Below, piece by piece: positions 1-9,800 of a stretch of DNA of 64,000 bases. The DNA comes from Squalus acanthias. Taxonomy: Eukaryota. The notes beneath the pieces are model-generated. The model ran no database searches. It was not told where the DNA came from and was given only the letters and a program-made list of their open reading frames with translations. The stretch is taken from assembly GCA_030390025.1 (NCBI GenBank), contig JASTWF010000342.1, forward strand, positions 62,001-126,000, read 5' to 3'. Position numbers and translations under genes: made by a program. Position 1 is the first letter of the stretch. Each line of letters opens with the position of its first letter.

Positions 1-284
1 ATAGGTATTAACATTTTTTGGCCTTATATGTTAATATGCGTTAAACCAGTCCAGTCCTGGACGCAATTTTGTAACGATCGACAAAATGTTGCTAGTGCTC
101 TTTTAATGCTAAAGCCCCAAATTACTGCACATGTATCAACCTTAACACACAGAGGAATTTAAATCCTTTACTCCATGGATTGTATAAAAGGACTAGTTCT
201 TAAACGAATCCATTCACCATAAATCGTCACAGTGTTATATATTGGCCCTCTCTATGACTGCACATTGTCAGTTGTAAACAGCAT

Positions 285-1080
285 GGCAGGAATTTTCTCA
301 AGGGAGGAGGGTTGGGGGTGGGGACCCTCCGACTTTAACAGCAGGGCCTGATTTGAATGCGAGGCCTTGGATTCCCGCCTGCAGCCAGCCAGATTGAGAG
401 GCCGGCTGGCTGCGAGGGGGTAGGCCTCAGATGCGAGGGGCCGGTCCGGAGGAGGGATCGCGGGAGGGTGGTCGACAATCGGCAGGAGTCGGGGATCGGG
501 AGGTGGGGAGAGGATCAGCCAGGGATCTCGAGGGGTGGTCAGCCGGGGATTGGGGCGGGGTTCAGCCAGGGATCGTGGGGATGGGGATCGGCCGGGGATC
601 GGGGTGGGGGAGAGAGGATCAGGGCTGGCCACCAGAGGATCGTGGCCGGCCTCATCATCATCGTGGGCAGGGGAGGGAAGGCCTGGGGGGGTGATCAGAG
701 GCCTCATGGGGAGTCTCCGGTCACGGGGGGTGGGTATGGTCGGGACCCTGGATCCAGGAGGTAGGTATAAAGCCACTTACCTCCTGGATGCAGCAGCCCC
801 CACCTCGATTTAACTTCTGGGTTTCATGAATTGTGTGAAACCCGTCCACAGGCAGTTAAACACAAAATGGATGGGAAAAAAGTGGCTTCCAGCCTCATTA
901 CAATATTTAAATTGATGTTACTTCCCCTGGGAGTGGTTTGGTCACCCGCCCCCCATCCCACCCCCAGCAAAACTGGAATTGGGCGGTTTGGAGGCGAGAT
1001 CAGGTCGGGAATCCCATTTTTAACACTTTAACTGCCCCACGCTTCAAACCCACCTTTTTTTAGGGGGAAATTCTTGGCCC
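285..1080. mobile_element. Putative non-autonomous DNA transposon (MITE-like) with G-rich GGGATC-repeat core
   Basis: Imperfect terminal inverted repeats ggcaggaattttc / ggaaattcttggccc bound a GC-rich island in AT-rich flanks; degenerate GGGGATC repeats at about 450-720. Overlapping ORFs are low-complexity artefacts. Confidence 0.4.
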
Positions 1081-2971
1081 ATGTCTCTGAATTTCAGTGT
1101 GGGTTCTAAAAATCTCCGACCATAATTTCAGCAAAGGACTGGTGGAACTCCTGGGGGATCAGTGTAAACAGCTGAAAACAGCCATGTACACTATTTCTCT
1201 GGGGGTTCTCCCACTCTCTTGCCAAATTATCGGTAGGTGATCAGGACAACTCTCATGGAAATTAAAAGCCCGTGCTTTTTTGTTGTACGTGAAGTCCAGA
1301 TAGTGATTGCTATGACTATGAGTCAGAGCTTTAACAGTCCTTTGTAAGTTCTGTGCTCGTCTATTGAGATGGCTACCAGTCAACTACTTGGTTCCTTTGG
1401 CAGTAACAACTAAAGCTTGTATTGCCAGGAGTGCTTGTAAATAGCAAAATGGTGTTCTCTTCCTGGGTGTGAGTGTGCCAATAGGAAACACCATTATAGT
1501 CATAACTTTTTTATTTTTTGTATATTAGCTGGCATATGTGCAGCTGGAAAGAATGACAACAAAGCTAGATATTTTACCAGTTTGACCCTGGTTGTTGCTG
1601 GGAACGCATAAAACTTAGAAAAATTTGTAATTGGATGCTCAGAGGCAATTCACAGATTCCCCTTGGCTTGGTGCATGTTCAAAAAACCCTGCTTCAATAA
1701 ACTTCTGCATATGAGAAGCATATAAAATTTTAGGTGGTAACACTGGAAAGGAGTTCCAGAGACAGGAAAAACTGAGCGTGAAACAGTGCTACTGGTATTC
1801 TGTGCAGACTTTTTGGATCCATATAAAATATTGACCTGTAATTCCAGCATAAATATAGCATTCTGGTTTAAGCACTAGCAATTCTCAAGGTGTTTCACTC
1901 GTCATAATCCTTTACAGGGTTGACAATCCAGACACAGATCTTTGACTTAGTACTGGGTGGATTCTGGCATGGAGTAGGACATCATCATTCAGTTCATTGG
2001 CTTTCAAGTGCACTAAGTTCGAGAAGAAGAAGAAGGCTTTCTCTGGAGCCTGCCAAATAGAGCCATAATACTCCATCACTGAGCACATGCAGGTTTTCTA
2101 GAATGCTAATGTTACTAGCTGATTAATATTTCTTTAGGTTTTCCATAATCTTCTACCAGCTTTTAAATACACCATTCATTTTCCCCAGCATGATTTTGAT
2201 GTGTTTAACAAAGAGACACTGGTTGTGGAAGGGATTCGTATTCACACTATTCAAGTGAACATGCTGCTGAGTAGACTAAGGAGAGGCATTGATAATATCC
2301 ATGATTTTTCATGGTTATGCACACAGGCTGGATTCATAGATTGCTTCTGATCAAGGAGAACAAAATGGATATTATGTACAAATCAGGGAAGAGCAAAATA
2401 ACAGCAAAAAACTTACAGTAGTCTGCTCTCCAGTATTCTACCTTAAACTAAACCCACGATAAAATATAATGGTTATTGCTGTAGGATGAAAGCTGCTAAA
2501 TTATGATTGATATTTTCTAGCAAATTGTTGAGAGAGAACCTTTAGTGTCTGAGAGATAAACTCCTTCCACATGGCCTCTCTGGGAAATTGCTAATTTAGT
2601 GCCAATATATTCCAAACTGTGGGCAGTCCTGTAGCCCTATGCCTACTAAGGACCAAGATAGATACAGATGAGGGAGGCCATCCATTTAGTTAGACAAATG
2701 ATCTACATTCTTCCCATTGTGTCATCTAACTATCCCTTGAATGAGTTAATGTTTTCACCGATATTACTCCAACAGGAACAGCATTTCAGGTGCTGATCAC
2801 ATTTTGCATCAAGAAATTCTTCCTGTCATCTAGCTTAAATTTCACTTTCACCAGTTTTAATCTATGTTCCCTTATTCTACTCTCCCTGTGTACCTTGAAG
2901 TAGTGTTCCAGATTACCCTTACTATGCCTTTTAATATCTTTCACTAAGGTCCCCTCTCAATCATCTCATTT

Positions 2972-3240
2972 CAAAAGTGAGAAGTCGCACAACACCAGGT
3001 TATAGTCCAACAGCTTTATTTGAAATCACAAGCTTTCGGAGCGCTGCTCCTTCGCGCATATCGACACAGACATCAAGTTGACTATATATGCTGTGCCCAT
3101 ATGCATTTCTTCACTTCACCTGACGAAGGAGCAGCGCTCCGAAAGCTTGTGATTTCAAATAAAGCTGTTGGACTATAACCTGGTGTTGTGCGACTTCTCA
3201 CTTTTGTCCACCCCAGTCCAACACCGGCATCTCCACATCA
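2972..3240 (+). mobile_element. Short Penelope-like (pLTR/3' end) insertion with inverted partial copy
   Basis: 83-bp inverted arms 2972-3054 / 3124-3206; 15-bp direct repeat atcatctcatttcaa at 2960-2974 and 3237-3251; same sequence as Penelope 3' ends at 19388-19520, 24331-24460 and 34371-34557. Confidence 0.75.
3116..3152 (+). ncRNA. Minimal type I hammerhead ribozyme (Penelope pLTR)
   Basis: tcac-CTGACGA-a-ggagc(agc)gctcc-GAAA-gctt-gtga: CUGANGA and GAAA core, 5-bp stem II, stem I tcac/gtga, palindromic AAGCTT in place of stem III. Confidence 0.75.
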
Positions 3241-3482
3241 TCTCATTTCAAGGCTAAAGAGTTCCAGTTGTTCCAGTCTTCAGCCATAACTCAAACTTTT
3301 GATGCTTACCCAAACTTATTTGACATGATAGGCCTTTTTCTGCCAGCAGAGAGGAGTCCACGACCTTAAATGTGCTTGTGGTAACTCCAGTGGGAGTCCA
3401 GAATATTCCAACAGAAAAAGGCAGGGACCTGGTTATTCCCAGTTAGCCTTGTAAAGGGCCTCCTGATATAATACAAAGGGAT

Positions 3483-5078
3483 TGTAGAATTCGCAATTAT
3501 CGCGATTTCATTTTTAATAAGGAGAAAACACAAAGTTTCGTTCAAAACAGCTTTTATTTCAGCAGAATGCTGTCAGGTTTAAATTGGACACAAGCAGCCT
3601 GTAAAATGGCCGCCGCACCGCGTGACAGAACATTCTAGACTTTTCAGCAGGCAGACAAGATGGCGTTCCAATAAACATTCTTGCAGGATCGATAACGATT
3701 CAGCACAGTGAAGACAATACACAGGACATTATGGGTTTACAGTATAAACATCGATACTGGAATCGGTCTCCCAGGTACAAAGGAAAGCCATCAAAGGCCC
3801 ATCCAAAGGACATTAATATGTAAACTCCCAACGGCTCTACGATGAGAGAGCCGTTAGCAGGTAGTTATACAGGACACTTGGAAGCCCCAAACCCCTCCAG
3901 GGGGAACACCGACCGATTTAACAATGGGAGAAATATTAACAGGTACTCAAACATTCAGGAGTAGCCCCGAAACCCATTAAGGACAGAGATCACCCATACA
4001 GGACATTTTGGGCGCCAAACCTTAAACAAAAGAATGGACATTGTAGTTGGGCGGGAAACGGAAGAACTGTGCACTATAATTGCAGGCCCAAACCGTCCAT
4101 TCGCTCTCTGGCCTCTTGCTCTTGCTCTTGCCTCGTGTTCTTGACTCTTGCCGCTTGTTGCTGTTATCATCGTGGCTGCTCCTGTGTAAAAGACTGTTGC
4201 AAAGACCTATGTTGGTAGCTGGCAGCGGAACCGAAGGCCCGGGATGAGATGAGATGAGATGAGATGAGAGGAGAAGAGAAGAAGACCTTATCCATCGCCA
4301 CGGTCAGTAGATCCCGACCGCGCCTGTAGGTCGATCAGCCAAGCCTTCTCGACAGGAAGTTTTTTTCTTTAACAAGACATATTGCATCGACGATAACTGG
4401 ACTGTGCAAACACATCGTATCAGCGATATTGACAACGGTGCTCCACCATACCTTGTATCCAACCAACAGAGGTCTTCACTACAGCGGACGGTCCAGCCGA
4501 CTGACCGAGCAGCAGAAGCAGTAAACAAGTGGGACCAGGAGATCTCCTGACCAACACGTGGGTGCTGCGGTGAAAAACATCCGATCAGCTATTCGGGATT
4601 TCTCCGAGTTATTACGAGTGGTGAGCATGAGTCTCGGGATCCTACGAAGCTAGTTTAGGATAGACATTGATAGGGGAGGGTTTAAAGATTAAGGATATTT
4701 GTAATGTGTGCCCTATTTACGTTGTGCTGGTCGTTCCTCGTTTCCCTAAGAGTGATTATAACTGTTTGTAAGATTGTACTGTCATTAATCTGTGCATATG
4801 ACATGTATTCCATAATTTTAAGTATCATGCAATAAAGATTTTCCATTTCGTACCGTTCAAACCAAGTCTACATGAGTTTTATCTCCATTACTGCTCTCGC
4901 ATCTAAGTCCAGTGTCTAGAACCGTAAGGGAGAGTGATTCGAACCACTCACAGGGGTGTCTAGTGTTCCCAGACTGGCTGGAGACCAGGCCTAGACCCGC
5001 ACTGACATACAGGCTGCACAGAGCCGCGTGAACCTCACAGGCTACGAGACACGCAGGGTCAGGAGAGTATCCCTTACA
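3483..5078 (+). repeat. 5' LTR (1596 bp)
   Basis: tgtagaattcgc...tcccttaca; direct repeat of 14464-16059 (offset 10981). TATA-like ctataa about 4074-4079, AATAAA 4831-4836, (GAGAT)n tract about 4243-4270. Confidence 0.97.
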
Positions 5079-5082
5079 GAAA

Positions 5083-6894
5083 ATGGCGACCGCGGCAGGA
5101 CACTGGCAGCGAGAGGGTAGTGTGTTAGATTTTGGAATGACTGTACGAAATGTGATGCAGGAAAAGATAGCGGATTACGTATTTGGAAAGGTTAATCTAA
5201 CGAAAAAGTGGATAAGCGAATTGTTAGCGGATAAGAGCCCACTAGAGGCAGCTGAAAGGTGGACGGATAGTAAGGAGCATAAAAAGGCAGTTGAGAAAGC
5301 AGTCTGGCTTATGTGCTACAAAAGGCAGGTTCAGATTTCAAACCAGACCAATACAGCGCTAACCGCTCGAATCAAGCATCTAGAGGAGGAAATGGAGGAG
5401 AAGGTTTCTGGAGGGGAGGCGCTCATTAAGAGTTTAAATGAGTTACGCCAGGAAAGCCAGGAAGTCTCCAGTTACCTTAAAACAAGGGTAGAGTATCTCG
5501 AGTGCCAGATCACGGAAGCAAAATTAAACGAGAGTAGGATGAAGGAAAGATGTAACCGTCAAGCTGCCCAGATAAGAACTCAAGAAGAGAGCTTAATGGG
5601 GGTTAGGTCGGCGTATAAGTTGGCCCTTGAGGATAAGTTTCAGGGAGCCGACCATAGCGCCTGCGAAAAAGAGATAGAGAGCCTCAAAAGGGCCGTGAAT
5701 AATGCGAACGGCATGGTGTGCCTTATTAACCCGTCGGCACGCCAGCCGCTAGTAAATGAGAGATTTAGAAATTCCCCACCAAGTAAAGCAGAAGAAGTAG
5801 TAGCCAGTGCGCCCTCCGCGCCACCCAGCTATTCAGAAACCTGGGTTAGGGAGGAAGCAACGGAAGAAGCAAAAGAGCCCGTTGAAAAGGAGGTAGAAAA
5901 GGGATCGTTGTATCCAGTAACGGGGATTAAAAGGGGCCCAAGCAGAAACGGTGGGGAAGAACCGGGGGATCTCCTCGGACAGCTGGTGTTGCCTCACAGT
6001 TCACATCAGCTGAGGGCCATGATAAACCACGTAAGGAAGCTGACCGAGATAGACGACCCTTCCGTACATTTCAGGGAAGTTGAGCAAGCCGCAGCCATCA
6101 ACGGCTGCGATGATGGGGAGACAGCAAAAATGCTGCTGTTCTCATTAGATAGCTCGGTCCTTCAGTGTCTCTCAGGCGATAGCAAGAGGGGTAATAAAAG
6201 TTATGAGGAATTGAAAAATGAGGTCCTAGAAGTAGTGGGAGCGAACGACGGAGGTCCGTTTGCTAGAGTGGGACAGACAGTGCAGATGGAGGGAGAACCC
6301 CCGAAGGTTTTTGCCGACAGGCTGTGGCCAGTATATGAGCGCAGCTGTCTAGGTGCGCCCGAGCGCGAAGATGTGGAAGGCGCCGCTTTAATTCATTGGC
6401 TTAGGTGCATAATAGCCAACAGTTTACCAGCCGTTAGAGAGCAGGCAAAAGCCTGGTTCGATCCCAATGACCTCAACCTTACGGAAGAGTCGGTCTTGAA
6501 TCGACTCACGTTGGGTTACCATAACATAAGGGGTATGACGACACGTCCCTTTAAGGGAAGAGTACATGAGGTACGACCCGCAGCCCCGACTCAAAGAGAG
6601 TGGCATCAGGAGGGTAATCGCTCCCCACAGGCAAGTAATGCCTGTTACGGGTGTGGGAAGACAGGGCACTGGCGCAAGCACTGCAGGAACCCTTGGAAGG
6701 ATTCCAAGGATAAAAATCCCGCGGTCCGAACCCAGGCGCCTGTCCCGGCTAAGGAAGCAAAGGCACCCACCTCTCCCGAAGACCTCGAAGCAGTGTTAGG
6801 AGTCATGCGCAAGATGGTTTTGAATGCGCGTGGACAGGTGGCGGTCGCAACCGGCCCCGTAGGTGCCGCAGGACCGTCTAATAGTGCCCCATGA
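5083..6894 (+). CDS. gag: Gag polyprotein (603 aa)
   Basis: N-terminal coiled-coil-like region, PSAPPSY late-domain motif (5812-5832), helical capsid-like region, single CCHC knuckle CYGCGKTGHWRKHC (6643-6684). Confidence 0.92.
   Translation: MATAAGHWQREGSVLDFGMTVRNVMQEKIADYVFGKVNLTKKWISELLADKSPLEAAERWTDSKEHKKAVEKAVWLMCYKRQVQISNQTNTALTARIKHLEEEMEEKVSGGEALIKSLNELRQESQEVSSYLKTRVEYLECQITEAKLNESRMKERCNRQAAQIRTQEESLMGVRSAYKLALEDKFQGADHSACEKEIESLKRAVNNANGMVCLINPSARQPLVNERFRNSPPSKAEEVVASAPSAPPSYSETWVREEATEEAKEPVEKEVEKGSLYPVTGIKRGPSRNGGEEPGDLLGQLVLPHSSHQLRAMINHVRKLTEIDDPSVHFREVEQAAAINGCDDGETAKMLLFSLDSSVLQCLSGDSKRGNKSYEELKNEVLEVVGANDGGPFARVGQTVQMEGEPPKVFADRLWPVYERSCLGAPEREDVEGAALIHWLRCIIANSLPAVREQAKAWFDPNDLNLTEESVLNRLTLGYHNIRGMTTRPFKGRVHEVRPAAPTQREWHQEGNRSPQASNACYGCGKTGHWRKHCRNPWKDSKDKNPAVRTQAPVPAKEAKAPTSPEDLEAVLGVMRKMVLNARGQVAVATGPVGAAGPSNSAP
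5084..5101 (+). promoter_or_regulatory. Primer binding site, tRNA-Arg(UCG)
   Basis: TGGCGACCGCGGCAGGAC, 5 nt after the LTR; reverse complement of the vertebrate tRNA-Arg(TCG) 3' end ...GTCCTGCCGCGGTCG-CCA as I recall it. Confidence 0.85.
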
Positions 6895-9800
6895 CTAGAA
6901 CCAGCACAGCCCGTCTACCTGTGTCCGCTCAGCTATGATGCGTGGAGGCGACCTGTGGTGGAGATGGAGGTAGAGAAACAAAAGGGCAGTTATTTGTTGG
7001 ACACGGGAGCTTCTTGCACCATAATCCATACAGATGACCCTTTTGACTCGCCGCTATCTACCAAGGTCCCATTCACGCTAGCAGGGTTCACAGGGAAAGA
7101 ACAGGCTGGCACGTTTTCCCTCCCGCTATCCATTCGTTTAGGGACACTTCGCCTTAAGTGGAAGTGTATACTGATGGCATGGCAAAAGGGGGGTGGAAGA
7201 GGTATTCTCGGGTCCGATCTGCTAGCGGGACACGGGATCCTCGTGGACCTCAGAAATCACTGTCTCTGGGGGGCTAAAGGTGAAAAAGGCGAGGTAATGG
7301 TAATTCAAGGGGAGGAAGAAACAGGGGTCCTGTGTACCGTACAGCCATCCGGAGGCTACGACCTCAGGCTTATGGTCGCAGATGTCCCAACGGACATGCA
7401 AACGTACGTGACAGATAATATGCACGCGTTTGCAACCCACAAGCACGATTGTGGGAGGGTGGTCGGGTTTGAGGTCAGCGTAGATGGGGACCCCATGACC
7501 CGACCCCAAAAGCAGTATAACTTCCCCAAAGAAGCAGAACCCGATATGGAGGCAGCAATGTCTTCCTTGGTGCAGCAGGGCGTGTTGAGGCCGATAGCCA
7601 CACACGTGAACTCCCCATTATGGCCGGTTAGGAAGCCGGATAATTCGTGGAGAGCCACGGTGGACTACAGAGTCCTTAACAGTAACATCCCCGCCTGCGC
7701 GCCCACAGTAGCAGCAGTTGCTGACCTAATAGGGAGCATCCCAGCGTCCGCGACCACGTTCACGGTGCTGGATATCTCGAACGGTTTTTGGTCCATCCCG
7801 CTGCGGCGAGAGGACCAGTACAAGTTTGCCTTTACGTTTAAAGGGCAACAGTACACGTGGAACTGCTTGCCACAGGGTTTCCACAATAGCCCCAGTATTT
7901 TTCACCAGTGTATGGCAGGAAGTTTAAAGGAGTTTAGTCAGCCCAATCAGATAGTACAGTATGTGGATGATTTGCTCCTATTTACGGACTCAAGGGAGGA
8001 GCACGGACCACTACTGGACGAGTTATTGGAGCTGTTAGCGAGAAAGGGTTTTAAAGTAAACCCAAAGAAAGCACGTATCGGTCAGCAGGAAGTAAAATTC
8101 CTGGGACTGACCCTACGCGCTGGGGAAAGAGCCATAGACAAAGCAAGGAGGGAGTCGGTGCAAGAATTACCGATTCCCAACAACGTAAGGGGTGTGAGGT
8201 CCTTCTTGGGACTGACCGGTTACTGCAGGGATTTTATCGAGGATTATGCGGCCACAGCGGCGCCGCTCCTCCGACTCCTCCATAAGGGAGTAGAGTGGCT
8301 TTGGGACGAGGGCTGCCAAGCAGCCTTCGAGAAGTTAAAAAGGGATCTGCAGACCGCGCCAGCCTTAGGGGCCATAGATGGGGGGAAGGAGTTTTTCCTG
8401 GAGGTAGCTGCCAGCGGAGACAGCTTAAGCGCCGTGCTGCTCCAAGAGCGTCACGGCAAGCTGAGGCCGGTTGTCTATTCATCCAGGGTATTAACGGATG
8501 TGGAGAGAAGTTTTTCCAATTGCGAAAGGCACCTTTTAGCCACGCATTGGGCTGTGAAAAGATCAGCGATCTTCACAGGGCTCTCTCCCATCACTCTCCT
8601 CACACATCACACACCAACTAAGATGCTTCTGGATGGGAGGATTAAAGACGGGACCGTAAGCAGCGCACGCATTGCGCGTTGGACCCTTCTTCTCTCCCAG
8701 TTGGACATCAGAGTAAAAGGTCTTTGCGAGCCCAGGCTTGCGGCCAATTTGGTATACCCCGGTACAGCCCACCGGTGTTCGGTGGAGGGGGTGTGGGACG
8801 TCAACATAGGTTTACGGGCCGGGATACATCCCACTGGGCGCGAGATTTATGTTGATGGGTCTAGCACAGTATCTGCTGGCGAGCGACTCACAGGGTGTGG
8901 AGTTTATGACCCTGCGGCAGACCTTGCCCTGGCGATCAAGCTCCCTAGCACCATGAGCGCGCAGCAGGCTGAGCTGTCTGCCGTGGTGTACGTGGTAACC
9001 CACCCAGACATTTTCCCAACCCCATACACGATTTGCTCGGACAGTATGTTCACCTGCAATTCGTGTACGGAATACCTGGCCATCTGGTCCCGCCGTGGAT
9101 ACACCTCCGCGGACGGGCGACCTTTAACGGTAAAGCCCTTGCTGGAAAAGATCTTAGCAGCGGCAGTAGGGGAGGAAGGGGAGATTTTCATCCATAAGGT
9201 GAAAGCTCACTCCTCCACAGAGCCCCGTGGGGAGGGCAACCGGCAGGCGGATGCGCTAGCCAGGGAGGGTGCCCGCGACGGTACTTTCTGGAACCCCTAT
9301 AGAACCGGACCCATAGCAGCGGTCCGAGGTGGGGACGGGAATACCGGGAACACCAGGGTAGCATTGCCCCTAGACCTTAAGACCGTCCAAGCCCAGGATC
9401 CCGCCCTAAAAGCAGTCCTAAAAACGATTGCTGAGGGGAGGCAGGTAGAAGGTCCGTACAGTACGGCGACCCTCTCAGTTAAGGAAGGCATGCTGTTCCG
9501 CGAGGAGCAGTGGGTTGTGCCGCAGCAGCACAGGAGGGAATTCCTCCAGTTGGCTCACGAGGGACCAGGGGCAGGGCACCCCGGGCCCGAGGTTACCTGG
9601 CAACGGGTAGAGCAAGCGGGATGGTGGCCAGGGCTCAGGGAACAAGTCCGCGAGTTCTGTGCAAACTGTCTTGTGTGCGCTGCAAACAACCCAGACCCCC
9701 AGAAAAGGAAGGTGCCCATGGGACACGTAAGAAGGGTAGAGGGACCATGGCAGTCGATACAGATCGACTATATAGGACCCCTGCCCACCACCCAGGGAGG

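Noticed and set aside
252..813. Overlapping Pro/Gly/Arg-rich ORFs
   Set aside because: Produced by the GC-rich GGGATC repeat; no domain motifs.
1080..2650. Possible host exon or ancient coding remnant
   Set aside because: Only short ORFs, no recognisable motif or convincing splice pair.
3955..4528. Antisense ORFs in the LTR (repeated at 14936-15509)
   Set aside because: Repeated only because the LTR is duplicated; frames are altered by indels in the solo LTRs.
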